Shown here: piece after piece, positions 12,801-25,391 of the stretch | How positions within the stretch are numbered: the first letter of the stretch is position 1 | Layout of the letters: each line of letters begins with the position of its first letter | Assembly (NCBI RefSeq): GCF_006345805.1 | Contig: NC_043000.1 | Location: 43,214,001-43,278,000, forward strand | Reading direction: 5' to 3' | Origin: Octopus sinensis | Lineage: Eukaryota | Length of the DNA: 64,000 nucleotides | The notes under the pieces: generated by a model | Told to the model about the DNA's origin: nothing | Database searches by the model: none | The model's input: only the letters and a program-made list of their open reading frames with translations | Position numbers and translations under genes: made by a program

Positions 12801-15469
12801 CATGTTGCCTACGTTATCGCGGTAGAGATGAAAATGAATTATCAAACTAGCCACGACACGAATGACAAGCTGAAAAAGAGGAAAAAAACAAAACAAAATC
12901 GTGATCAAATGAACAATGAAAGTAATTGTTAGTGCGTAGGTTGCCTTAAAAGGAAACAATTTGGGCGTTTTTATAGATGTTATTAAGTCGAAGGAGAAAG
13001 CCGCTACCATCACATCATCATCGCAGACCTCGTCATCATCATAATCATCCATCTAGTCGTTGAAAGCAATGTCATCTCAATTGGCTTCTCCTGTCGCTTC
13101 TATTCAGTCCTTAGCTCCTTACTAGAAGTTGCTTACATACTATTTTATTCCAAACTCCTCCGGGTCCCGTACTAGATACACTCAATTCTTCCTTTTCTGA
13201 CTGTTTTCCCCTCTGAAACATCATTTTCGACAATTGTCTTTCCTGCATTCATGGAAATAATGTTTTATTGCATTAAGGACAGGATCTACGAATGTAACGA
13301 TCTCAAGTGAATTCTAAAATATATTATTAAACATACACAACAAAAGAAAACTATTTATATGTATTCGTTCCTTGAATAAATGCGTGACATAACACATTTA
13401 AACTCAGTCGCACAACCAAAGACTCACACAGGCGCACACGAAAACCCATACACGCTCACACTTAAGAATTTCAGATCACACACACAATCATTCATTCATG
13501 TATCTGTTCCTTTTTTCAGGTACAGTATATAATGGGACAATGTTCTCACATCTGGGATAGTGTTACTGTCGTTACATAGCCAGACATTACTGTCCACATC
13601 CAAACCATCCCCACTAGACTTCTCACCACAATGCTGCACTCTATAGGCATCGTCTTCCACTCCCACTCTTCTCAGTGTTATCTATTTTTGTTTTATCTGT
13701 AGTAAGATACACCTGCATCACCTGTTCCTGCTCCATTGTCATTCAAATGGAATCGTGTTTCCTTTCTCTGTAGAACGTCGGCCCACTGGATATCCTGTGC
13801 ATCTATTTGTTTTTCAAGAGTTAACTATTAACTCTCTAGGATCAACATTAGCTTTGTCTCTGTTACGTTCCGTGGGTATTCTATGAATTCTGTCATTCAT
13901 TCATTCATTCAGTCAGTCAGTCAGTCACTCACTCACTCACTCACTCACTCACTCACTCACTCACTCATTCACTCACTCAGAAGATCACAATGCTTATTTG
14001 AACGCTCAGAAACACACACATGCACATTCCCCCTCTCTCTCCTTCTCTCATTCTTTCCCTAACACATAAACACACGCAGACCCCAACATACACACATACG
14101 TTGTACGGTGGCATTCTAATTTTTTTCATCCTTAACATCAATCGAAAATCCTTGAATATCATAGATGTTTTGAAGATATGCATTGAAAAATATAGTTGTC
14201 GTTACTTATTGATATCTGTCAATGAGTAACATAAATAAAATTAAATATAAATAAAGTTAAATAAAATATGTATTGACCACGAGTATTGACTATTCGGAAC
14301 AACGTTTACGTGATATGCGTAAATAAATTCAAATAAAGTCTGGTAATATCAACCTGGTAATTGCTTTACCATCCCAGGGACTGGTAAAATGCAAGACACG
14401 ATTTGAGCTAAGATCGTAAACGGAAGATATATAACACTACAATGAATTATTTACTTCGTTGCTGAACATATTTCTTTTACTTGCTTTGCTTGTGCATTTT
14501 CCTTGTGAAACTGGTAAAATATTGATTGATTGATTGATTGATTGATTATTCATAAATTGACAACAACATTGAAAGAAATACACTTATTCAATTTGGCCAT
14601 TGAATTTCTTTAAAATATTGTAAAACATTCAATAATTGTCCATACATGAAAGCTATCATTGTCATTGAAATTCCTGTGAGAGAGAATGCAGTATTAGCTG
14701 TTTTCTGAATGCTAATCCACATTAATGTTGCAAACTGCTTAGACGATAATGAAAAAGGAAATATCTCATTAGTGAATGGCTAATCAGATCATTTCAAAGT
14801 AGATGGACCAACAGACATTATCTAGAGAGAAGTGACACGAGAATTATAATAAAATAGTATATTGCTTTATATACATAGAAGATTGGTGGTATGCTGCCAG
14901 CTTGTTCAGAAGCCGATGCACTCTAGATGATTTTTTTTTAGCTACATTTACTTATCTATCATATACGCGATTTTTGGTTGAAGCTTGAGAAATAACCTTG
15001 GGCATGAACATAAAATAGCAGTTTATAAGATGGTCGCTTTTATAAGATGTAATGAATATATCTCAGTGATGTCTAGTTTGATTCTTACGAATTTGTCGTA
15101 TTCGAAATCACTCAATAACATTTCACAAATTGAAAATTAACGTATTAATTTTGATGCAGCTATCAATTCTGATAATTGAGCTGCAGAAGTCGAACCTCAG
15201 AAATTGCTATTTATTCTCTTCAATAAAAAAGTAGTTAAATATATATATATATAGACGAAATGACAATGAAAATACAGGCTGTTCGGAATAAATTTGACGA
15301 CTTTTTATGTCCCCATTTTTCAGGTGAACAATTAATGGTGTTTGAGAGCATAAAGATGGTCGTCGTAGATGAGAAAAAGTTAGCCGACATGGAAGACTGG
15401 AAGCCATTTGAATATAGGGGAAAGAGTTAACTAGAATCTGATGATTATTATCGAGTATCAACACACCGA

Positions 15470-16125
15470 TATCTGATTGCGACTCAATGGCTTGTGTACA
15501 CCCTTAGACGTCAAATGGACCATCATGAAAGACACATTCTCAAAACTGTGATGGTCTTTGGGTGTGTTTCTAGTGAAATGGAAGCCATACCACACCATAT
15601 CTTTGAACAGGGTCTCAGGCTCAATTCAGGCAACTATATGATGCTGCTTGAGATTGCGTTCAAACCCTGACTGGGGAGTATTGCTGTTAGATGACTATAT
15701 ACGTGGAAGCAGGTTTCGGATCCTTATATCACATCAGGAAAGAGTCACAAGTGATTGTTGGAGAAATACTACGCCTACTACAGCTCCAACTCCTAGTTTC
15801 CTAATCCCCTCGATTGTAATCCTTCAACTGCTAAATGTGTTTGAGAGAAAATATCAACCGCTCGGCCTAGAACAGCAATACCGACCTGGTGGTCAAGATC
15901 ATGAAGGTGTTTGAAGATAATTCCAGAGAAGAAATGAGGAACGTATGCACCAGGTTTAGGAGCTGTTTTGAAGCTGTGATGGACGCTGAGGACAGCTACT
16001 TTATGTCAACTGTTACTTCCAAGCCATAATGTAGTTGATGTATTTTGATTTTGTAAAAGTTCAATTATCTTTGCATGAGATATAGTGCTTTTCTTTAATT
16101 TAATCCATCAATTTTAAAACAAACA
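15470..16125 (+). pseudogene. Degenerate Tc1/mariner transposase 3' half, probably maT (DD37D) type
   Basis: Frameshifted translation includes TVMVFGCVSSE..PHHIFEQGLRLNS..Y, a W-x-Q-x-S motif, a PNSxDCNP-like motif and RNVCTRFRSCFEAVMDAEDSYF. Confidence 0.75.
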
Positions 16126-16257
16126 CCTCATACACATACACTCACGTCCACACCCAAACTCACATATAATACCCTAGAAAGAGAAGGTGATTAAATAACA
16201 AAATCAAATTGCAATTATATATCTATGCCCAAGTCACACACACATACACACGCACAA

Positions 16258-16289
<32 letters not shown>

Positions 16290-16728
16290 ACAAACCACAC
16301 ACACGCATAGAATATCAAGGGTTTAGTTCGCTGGTGATCTAAACGAATAGGTACATTGGGTAAGTACTATAACTGGCCATCCGTTAGGCTCCAAGTTCAC
16401 ATCTGAGGCTGGAGATAGGGATCCGTATAAGGCTTCCGTGATTGCAAACCAAATACTCTGAAATGCTCGTATTGGAGCTTCCGGTCGCGAATGCCAAGCA
16501 GTACAGCATGTTGTTTCCAAAGTTCTGACAATGAATTGCGTCATGGTGCTGTTTTTTTCATAGACGGTGTCCAACTGCCCCTACTATGCTGTGTAGTCGA
16601 CAAAATCCAAAACAAACAATGTGCATACGTGAAATGAAGTATAAATTAAATACAATTGATCCATCTCCCGTGCATGCATGTATATTTATATACACACATG
16701 CGTGTGTTTGTGTGTATATTATATATAG

Positions 16729-16760
<32 letters not shown>

Positions 16761-16838
16761 TATATATATATATATATGTACATATATATATATATTATAT
16801 ATGTATATATATATATATATTATATATGTATATATATA

Positions 16839-16919
<81 letters not shown>

Positions 16920-16934
16920 TATATATATATATAA

Positions 16935-17740
16935 ATCCTTAAATCCTTAAAAATGTTTTAGCCCGAAGGCCGCGGCCATGCTGGGGCACCACCGCTGAAT
17001 GAGCGACACTAGTTTGTGAATCCACCTCTGATACGTGGCACTTGATCAACAAGGGAGTTCGATGCTGCTGCCCGCATCCGTGTCTCCTGTCGTGAGGTAG
17101 GTTCATCTGGGACTCCCAACAAGAAGAGATCCAGTTTAGTTTTAAAGAAACCCACATCCACACCATGTAAGTCTCTCAGGCATTTAGGGAGGATGTTAAA
17201 GAGCTGTGGTCCTCTGAAACCCAAGCTGTTGCAGTATCTGGACCTGTATTTTGATGGTGATGTTGGAATCCTTGGCACCACGCAGCGGCGCCCCGTTCTG
17301 CGGTTGGAGTAACTTTGAATGCCAAAGTTTGGGACAAAACCCTCCAGGATTTTCCAGATGTATATCACTGCATATCTCTCCCGCCTCCGCTCCAGGGAGA
17401 AGAGGTTTAATACCTTCAGTCTTTCCCAGTAGCTGACATTTTGCATTGAGACGATTTTCTTTGTGTAGCTTCTCTGAGTTGCTTCGAGTTCTGCTGTTTG
17501 TTTTATATTGTGTGGTGACCAAAGTTGGGAGCAGTAGTCCAAGCGGCTGAGGACAAATGTTTTCCATAGGACCATCAGTGTCTCCTTCTCTCTTGTTCTG
17601 AAAGTTCGGAGAATCCATCCAGCTAGCCGTCTGCATTTTATCACCAGATTAGCAATATGCATTTGGAAAGATGCATCATTGCTCATGTCAATGCCCAGGT
17701 CACGCACTGATTTTGACTCAAGGATTGCAATTCTTCCTGG
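16935..17740 (-). mobile_element. 5'-truncated CR1-group LINE (ORF2 C-terminus, 3'UTR, short tandem tail)
   Basis: ORF 17009-17764(-): SVRDLGIDM, SRLDYCSQLWSPH, LFSLERRRER, RGPQLFNILP. Tail TTTAAGGATTTAAGGAT; both ends abut TA tracts. Confidence 0.88.
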
Positions 17741-18303
17741 ATATATGTACATATATATATGCACAAAGATTAGTAAGATGTTTAATCTATTAATCTATCT
17801 AACACCCTAATTTGTAGACAAAACGTTTTCAAGAAGTTTCAGGCTTCCAATGCAAAAGAACAACAGTAAGCTAAAAATGAATAGAATACCGGAAGAAATC
17901 AGGCGACCAAATTTGTGAAAGCAATGCAATGGCAGTGTTAAGATATAATTATTTTGCCAGAGTGAGTGAACGAAGATTTCGTATCAACATTTTAGTATTT
18001 TTGCGTATTTTCAAGGAAATAAACAAACCATGTTCATCTAAACCAAACTTAAAATTTTAACTAGTCAAAATAGGTCTACTTACGAAATGCCTGAGTAACT
18101 GTTCCCTGGCAAACAATTTAATAAGGTTTTATGGAGTAAAAGAAAGAGGAAGAAACACGTGAAAGTAAGAGATGTATTTGTAGCGGAAAGGAGAGGCATT
18201 AGAAATGTATATGTATATCAAAAGTTAAGTATGAAACCGTTGAAGAACTATGTTTACTACAGAGAGGTATAAAATCGAAAATGCGAGTGGGTTATTTGAT
18301 TAG

Positions 18304-18305
<2 letters not shown>

Positions 18306-18379
<74 letters not shown>

Positions 18380-18390
18380 TGGGAGAGAGA
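18306..18390. repeat. (GA)n microsatellite
   Basis: Direct reading. Confidence 0.95.
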
Positions 18391-18956
18391 GTTAGACGAG
18401 AAAGGTTATGCATTGGAAAAAACAGAGAAGGATAGGCACACTTTATCGGTGAAGGAAATAAAGATGATTAAACCAAATGAAAAAGAATGAATATTCGTAT
18501 AATACGTACAGGTATCTATACGTAGATTTCCCCCTAAAATATATTTTTATGTGCACAGATACACTCACGCATGGAAGTACATATGCACGTAAGCCACAAA
18601 AAATTTGGAATGCAAAGATGTTTTGTACGAAAATAATACAAACACTTTATTTATGTGTATCGGGTGTTTTCTTTCGAAATTAATATTTTAATCCTATTAT
18701 ATATCCCTATACATAACACCCGTCCATTGACATGCACGCCTGTGCGAATGTGTTCGTGTGTATATGTTAGTATATGTATGTGTGCTTTTGTGCGTGCGTG
18801 TGTATGTCGGTGTGCGTGTGTGCTTGTGTATACATAAATAAACGTGAGGCTTTGTGTGTATTTCTAAAATCCTAGTTGCCCAATTTGAAAAATTCAGATC
18901 CAAAATAGTCGAAAGAGGTAGTTTTACACTCGGACGCTGTGCGAAATCGAAAAGCA

Positions 18957-19007
18957 ACTACTACTACTACTACACTACTACTACTACTGCTACTGCTGCT
19001 GCTGCTG

Positions 19008-19071
<64 letters not shown>

Positions 19072-19072
19072 C
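18957..19072. repeat. (CTA)n/(CTG)n/(CCA)n trinucleotide tract
   Basis: Direct reading; source of the poly-T and poly-S pseudo-ORFs. Confidence 0.95.
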
Positions 19073-19439
19073 ATCAGAGAAAAATGGTAAACAAGACAAG
19101 TAACGCAAAGAAAGACCCAATGTCAGTTGTCGGCTGTCTATCTACTCCTCATTTCGAGCATTCAACGACATATGGTACATAATAAACAAACAAAAAACAC
19201 GAATTAGAGGTGAAAACAAACAAACAGTACTTATTAGATTGATGCTTATGAAAATTGGAAGAAATCTGTAACGTTTCGAGCATATGAACAAACGTGTTTC
19301 ATCGCCTGCTGAAATGACTGGAGGAGGTAGTGATCATAGGGCATTGACATGATCGTGTGAGTACAATTTTACGTATTTGGAGGCTTCTAGTGGATGGCGG
19401 TGGAAAGAGAATAGTGGTTTATGGCAGCGGACGCATCTG

Positions 19440-19992
19440 GGAAAATATAACCGTAACAACTTCAGAGAGTGATTTGAAAACTCAACTGCAAACGAAAAGG
19501 ATGTTACTGACAGAACGATTTCGGTCAATCGAAAGAGAAGATTAGAAGTCCTAGGCTGAGTATCAGGATGTGAATCAAGGAAAACTTTAAAGGCAATGAT
19601 GTCCTCAGTATGAGGGATAACATGATAGAGCATCTTGATGACGGAGGGAGCCTCAGGAGAAAACGAGAAAGATTGGAAAAGACGAAGAGCGTGGTTGTTG
19701 TCTTGAAAGTATAAAGAGTGGGAAACCGCTATGGGTGTTTGTACACGGTTGAGGTACTTAGAAATTAATTGCGGAGAGCAGTTATAGGCAGAGACAGTGA
19801 AGCTGCTCGGGTTGTTGGGTTTATGGAAATCAAGAAGGAAGCAAACTGTATGGGGTGCATTGGTTCCGCAAAATGGGGTTGGCTTGGAGTTGGTGCTGGG
19901 TAGTAGGGAAGAGAAAATAAGTTCTTGGATGGTGGAAGAAAAGATTTTTGGTAGTGAGGCGGGGGTTTCGAACGGTAGAGGACGATAGAAAG
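19440..19992 (-). pseudogene. Penelope-like element reverse transcriptase fragment
   Basis: Hand translation FLLDFHKPNNP..VSAYNCSPQLISKYLN..YFQDNNHALRLF..MLYHVIPH..LLFRLTEIVLSVTSFSF matches the PLE RT pattern LPKIHKPxxPGRPIVS...SLYTxIPH...LxxLVLxxNxFxF. Confidence 0.8.
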
Positions 19993-20821
19993 CGGCGTCT
20001 AGAAGTTGACAGAGTGCCTCAGCCTTGTGAATCCCAAGTTTGCACTTAAATCTCTTTCGCTATTTCACTTCATATGTGTCTGTGTACACACACACAAACA
20101 CAAACACACGCACACTAACCGCTTCTCAAACATACAGAAAAATACATACATACACACATATATCGAAGAGATGAGAGAGAAGAGGAAGGAGAGAGAGAGA
20201 GAGATAGGGAAGGGCGTTTTATTCTTTACGTATAACAATGAAACGGAGTGAGAGATATAGACATATGAATATAAATAGATATTCGGATGCTCTTATATCC
20301 ACACCATTAAAGTATATTAGACAAGAATTACATTTCCTGCTGAGGTTACATAGTGCATATAACATGCCTCTAATCAAATGGAATATAAGTACAAAGAGGA
20401 GCGACATTTTATTATTTTACATACATACACGCACATGCACGTGCGCGAGCGCACACACACAAAAATTGAATGCAATTTGATATGTATACGCATCCAGAAT
20501 ATACAGGAAAATTTGGCGGCAGATCGAAGTAGCTAGAGAAATATTTAATTTCCTTCTTCGGCCATTTTGGTACATCAATCGTAAGCAAGTCCTGATTCAA
20601 GACGTATTATACGTTTCTTGGAAGAAAGAAAAATGTAACTTAATATAGCATTAAAGTGGAATGTGTTTTAGTAGATGTTTCCGTACATAAACAACATTTT
20701 TTTATCTTTTATGCACCAGGGGTATATATTGGTTCCTAGCAATTTCTTTTTCTTATAAATTCAATAGATAGTTTCGTGATCCGACAAAATAAGAGAAGGC
20801 TTCCAAATAAGTATTCTATCA

Positions 20822-20923
<102 letters not shown>

Positions 20924-22474
20924 GTAAATGGACATCTATCGAGACCCTTCGACATTGCACGTTCGGTCCGTCAGGGATGCCCCCTCTCGGCGCTTCTATA
21001 CGTATTGACTCTTGAGCCACTACTGCGGAAGCTGGCGACTCTGAGGGGCATCCCGCGAGAATTAGGATCCGGGACGAGCGTGTCTGCATACGCGGACGAT
21101 GTCACCGTCATAGTGTCAAGCCACGAGCACATCGAGCGGGTCGGCGAGACACTGAAAGACTACGAAGCGGTGACAGGAGCAAAAATCAACCGGGAAAAGT
21201 CAGTGGGCTTGCGGCTCGGCACCTGGAGAAGCAAGCCCATGCCGTCCACCAGTACCTCCGTCGTGGGACGCTGGACAGACGGCCAGGTTGAGTTGCTCGG
21301 GGTCTGGTTCGGTCCGGACCTCCAAATGGAGAAGAACTGGAACGAGATAACGAGTAGGGTGGTCACTCTCGCCCAGCAATGGGCCGAGAGGAAACTGTCC
21401 CTAAAAGGTCGGGCGGAGGTGGTGAACGCGTACATCGCGTCCATCATCTACTACCGCCTGACCGTCGTACCTTGTCCCGACCCTACCATCACCAAACTAG
21501 AACGCATCCTCTTCCGCTTCTTGTGGAAAGGATGCGTCCCGATGGTCAGGCGATCCATTTGCTGTCAACACCCGTTAAAAGGAGGGCTGGGCATGCCGTG
21601 GTTGATGATGCGCAGACACGCGCTGAGACTGCGACATCTCCGGCTCTATGTAGACGACGGTGAACAGGTGTGGTCGCCGTTTGTGAGGCACGCATTCCCG
21701 CAACTCGTCTCCATGACCGAACTACAGTCGTGGATCAAAAAGAGGCCGAAGAAGGGCGAATGGCACCGCGAGTGTCGCGTTGCTCTCAAGCAACTCTGCC
21801 GTCCCGGGTCGACCTTGAGTGACTTCAACACAACCAAAGCATTCTATAAGGGATTAGTGGAGGGGAGGTACGACGACGAGCTCGGGGCAAACCTGGGCGT
21901 CGACGAGGAATACCTGACCCGCCTGTTTCAAACGACTTTCGGCCCGGGACCTATGGACAACTTCCAGAGATCCCTGGCCTGGCGGTGCTACCGAGAAGCG
22001 CTACCCGTTCGGGATAAGCTCTATAGGCATGGCTCGAGAAACACGGGGCCGACCTGCCCGAGATGCGGGCAGAGCTACGAAACCGCTCTGCACGCAATCG
22101 TGCAGTGTCCAGCAATTTCCCACCTGTGGGCTTATGTCGAACGACTGCTGTCACGTGTGGGACGTGTCGGTTTATCAGCCGAGTCTATCGTTAATATCGT
22201 CACGCCTCCTTCCTTCAAACGTGAAGGAAGAGCTATTTTTATCATACTTGTGGCTATGGCGAAAGAATGTATCTGGTGGACGCGTCTGAAAGGATTAGAG
22301 ACAAACACTTTCCTCTCTGGTCAATCTCTCATCAACTTCTTCAAGTATCACTTGAAGAAAAAAGTGAGAGTAGAGAGGCAAGTTTTGTCTAGTGAATGTT
22401 TTAAAAAAAGATGGGTGAATGTAGCAAGGATGGCACGTATGAATGACGAAGCCACCTTGACTATGATTCTATGA
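20924..22474 (+). CDS. Tx1-B ORF2 fragment (RT distal domains and zinc finger), open frame but 5'-truncated
   Basis: Frame open from GTAAATGGA (VNGHLSRPFDIARSVRQGCPLS) through AYADD, GGLG and CPRCGQSYETALHAIVQC to the stop at 22474. Collinear with but clearly diverged from Tx1-A. Confidence 0.88.
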   Translation, partial: VNGHLSRPFDIARSVRQGCPLSALLYVLTLEPLLRKLATLRGIPRELGSGTSVSAYADDVTVIVSSHEHIERVGETLKDYEAVTGAKINREKSVGLRLGTWRSKPMPSTSTSVVGRWTDGQVELLGVWFGPDLQMEKNWNEITSRVVTLAQQWAERKLSLKGRAEVVNAYIASIIYYRLTVVPCPDPTITKLERILFRFLWKGCVPMVRRSICCQHPLKGGLGMPWLMMRRHALRLRHLRLYVDDGEQVWSPFVRHAFPQLVSMTELQSWIKKRPKKGEWHRECRVALKQLCRPGSTLSDFNTTKAFYKGLVEGRYDDELGANLGVDEEYLTRLFQTTFGPGPMDNFQRSLAWRCYREALPVRDKLYRHGSRNTGPTCPRCGQSYETALHAIVQCPAISHLWAYVERLLSRVGRVGLSAESIVNIVTPPSFKREGRAIFIILVAMAKECIWWTRLKGLETNTFLSGQSLINFFKYHLKKKVRVERQVLSSECFKKRWVNVARMARMNDEATLTMIL

Positions 22475-22896
22475 ACCGTAAAAATTAATACAGAGAGTTG
22501 CTTATTTGCAAAAAAAAAAAAGAAATATAACATGTGACTTCATTGACCGAGGTTACCGTGGTCTTTTCCGTAGGCTTTTCTTTCCACGGGTAAACCTCAC
22601 CTGTCCTCCCCTTTACACTTCATATTGACATTTCTGTGATAACGATCCCTATTGATCAATTTTTTTCCTCTCCCCCTTTTTTTTTAACCCCCCTTTTTTT
22701 GTCCTCTTTCTCTCCTTTTACGATCCCTTTTGATCGACCCCCCCTTTTTTATTTTATTTTATTTATTTTACTTTTTTTTAATTTTTTTTTTATTTATTTA
22801 TTTATTATTTATTTTTTTTTTTAAACCTTCAAAAGAAAAGCTCTACCTTGTAATTTGTTCTATCTGTGTGCAGCCCTGTGTGGCTAATAAAGAAAC
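20924..22896 (+). mobile_element. 5'-truncated Tx1-B non-LTR retrotransposon inserted in a (TATC)n tract
   Basis: (TATC)n at ~20815-20923 and ~22897-23013 on both sides; T-rich 3'UTR ending CAGCCCTGTGTGGCTAATAAAGAAAC. Confidence 0.9.
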
Positions 22897-22905
22897 ATAT
22901 CTATG

Positions 22906-22977
<72 letters not shown>

Positions 22978-22978
22978 C

Positions 22979-23013
<35 letters not shown>

Positions 23014-24107
23014 GATTAATGGATCTGTCAGTCTGTCTTTCTGTTTGTCTATAAGCATAGTCTTTTATTCTTTTATTCTTTTAATTGTTTCAGTTATTTG
23101 ACTTCGGCCATGCTGGAGCACGCATATTATTCGGTGTGTGTGTGTGTATTATATGCACACACAAACATGCACACGCATACTCATACACACACACGAAGAA
23201 ACACATGCACAAATACACAAACACAGACGCACGCACAAATATACCCAAACACACATACCATGCACGCACACACGCATGCGGGCATGCGCGCACTCATACG
23301 CGCGCGCGTGCACATGTGTATATGCTAAAATTGAAATGATACAGCCGATATTAGCATGGTCTCTGTGAAGGATGACATGAAAATACATGAGGCGTTCCCT
23401 ATCTAATATATTAAAAGGAAAGTTGTCTGTGTGTGTGTGGTGTATGAACCACTTCTACTAATTTGACATGCGTATTCTTTTTGACTTAGGATGCTTTTTC
23501 TTACAAGTTTTTCCTCGAAATTTCGCACCCCCAACATAAATAGACTACTCTAAACTCGACAATTCACCTAGGATTTGGCTTGAGCCAGTGAAAAAACGTG
23601 ACACACACACACACACACACACACACCCAGCAGGAGAAAATCAATACTCTGCTTCCTCAGCTGTGGCGAACTCTTATCGACTGCTTGCACAGTACTGCCA
23701 GTAGTGTTCCTTTGCGAGTTACGATTTGCCTCTGCTTTCACGTGAGCGCTCTTTTTCATAATTATTCCAACCTAAACTTGCCTCTTCAAAACTGTTACAC
23801 AAAATTAAAAATCCTTAATTCGGTCTGTTTGATTAACATTTTTGCCAAGTACATTTTACTATTCTTTGGGTACTACACATTCACCACATTTTCCGCAGGA
23901 CATTTTGTATTGCGTTAACTGATAATTTTCCACCATGAATCGGCGCAAAAGATCCAATATATGTATTTGTATATTTATATATTTGAAATTTTTATATCCG
24001 TTTTATAAATGTAGAAGAATATTTGTATATATTTGATTTTGAGTGTGGTTATTAATTATGCTCCTCTAGTTTCTGCTTGCATTACCTCCATTGAGATTAT
24101 AATGCGT

Positions 24108-24134
<27 letters not shown>

Positions 24135-24140
<6 letters not shown>

Positions 24141-24806
24141 ATATATACACACCTATTGCAGGCACTAGCATAACGAGAACAATCGATATGTTTGGTGTAT
24201 CAAGAATTACGAAAGTAATGACCGCCTTTGAGAAAGAGGGAAAAACCTCCTCGTCAAAATAAAACTCGGGCAGAAAACCAAAACTTTAATTCTGGACCAT
24301 CGGAGTCTTGCGTGAATTTTTAGAAAGGATCACAAAAGTACAGCTTCCAAAATTACTGCAGAGTTTAATGACCACCTTGAGAACCCAGTTTTTACAATAC
24401 TGTTCATCGGGAGCTGCATAAACCCGAATTTCACGGGAGGGCTGCTATCAGAAAACCATTAATTTCAAAAACAAACATTGCAAAGCATTTAGAGTGGAGT
24501 AAAAACCTACGGAATTCGTCCCTAGAGCAGTGTATGAATGTTATTTTCTCGGATGAGTCATCCTTTACCTTATTTCCTACCACCGGCCCAGTATACCTAT
24601 GGAGACCGGCACTAAAATCATTTGACCCAGACTGCCTTGTTCCAACTGGAGGGGGATCTGTAATGATCTGGTGGGTATATCTTGGAAATCCGCTGGACCA
24701 ATGGTTTCTCTTCATGGCAGAATTAATAACCAAAGGCGGTCCTACCCCACATTAAAATAAATTTGTTTGATATTTAAGGTGTTTCCATTATTTTGTCCAA
24801 CCCCTG
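24135..24806 (+). mobile_element. Degenerate, internally deleted Tc1-like transposon with right TIR
   Basis: Translation NSGRKPKL..HKSTASKITAE..GRAAIRKPLISK..VIFSDESSF..GGGSVMIW; ends GGTGTTTCCATTATTTTGTCCAACCCCTG followed by TA. Confidence 0.85.
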
Positions 24807-24921
24807 TATATATACATATAATTATATATACATGTAAATATATATATATCAGAGTAAAAAAACATTTTGAAATCTTTACTACAAGGCGCCTAGTCAATAG
24901 ACTATATATTATTCATATAAT

Positions 24922-25004
24922 TACAGTGTACATTTAAACACATAAGAAGTAACCATGAGGTATCATATGATGGTTACCTCTTATGTGTTTAAATGTACAT
25001 TGTA
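24922..25004. repeat. Hairpin, 35-bp arms, 13-nt spacer, 2 mismatches
   Basis: TACAGTGTACATTTAAACACATAAGAAGTAACCAT vs reverse complement of ATGGTTACCTCTTATGTGTTTAAATGTACATTGTA. Confidence 0.85.
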
Positions 25005-25031
25005 TTGTGTATATATATATATATATATATA

Positions 25032-25189
25032 CTGTTACTACTAAGAATAATATTCCACTTCTTTCGGAATTTTTCTCAATTCATATATATCGTATAACTA
25101 GCAGTTGTAAATATTATGAAATAAAATGTTTAGGTCAGTAAAACACATATTATATGTATATGTATATACACATACATATATACATACAT

Positions 25190-25229
<40 letters not shown>

Positions 25230-25391
25230 ATGTATGTATATATGTATGTGTATATACATATACATATACATATGTGTTTTACTGACCTAAACATTTTATT
25301 TCATAATATTTACAACTGCTAGTTATACGATATATATGAATTGAAGAAAAAATTCCGAAAAGAAGTGGAATATTATTCTTAGTAGTAACAG
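25032..25391. repeat. ~360-bp AT-rich near-perfect palindrome centred on (TA)n
   Basis: CTGTTACTACTAAGAATAATATTCCACTTC... pairs with ...GAAGTGGAATATTATTCTTAGTAGTAACAG; the few differences are small indels, mostly in homopolymers. Confidence 0.93.
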
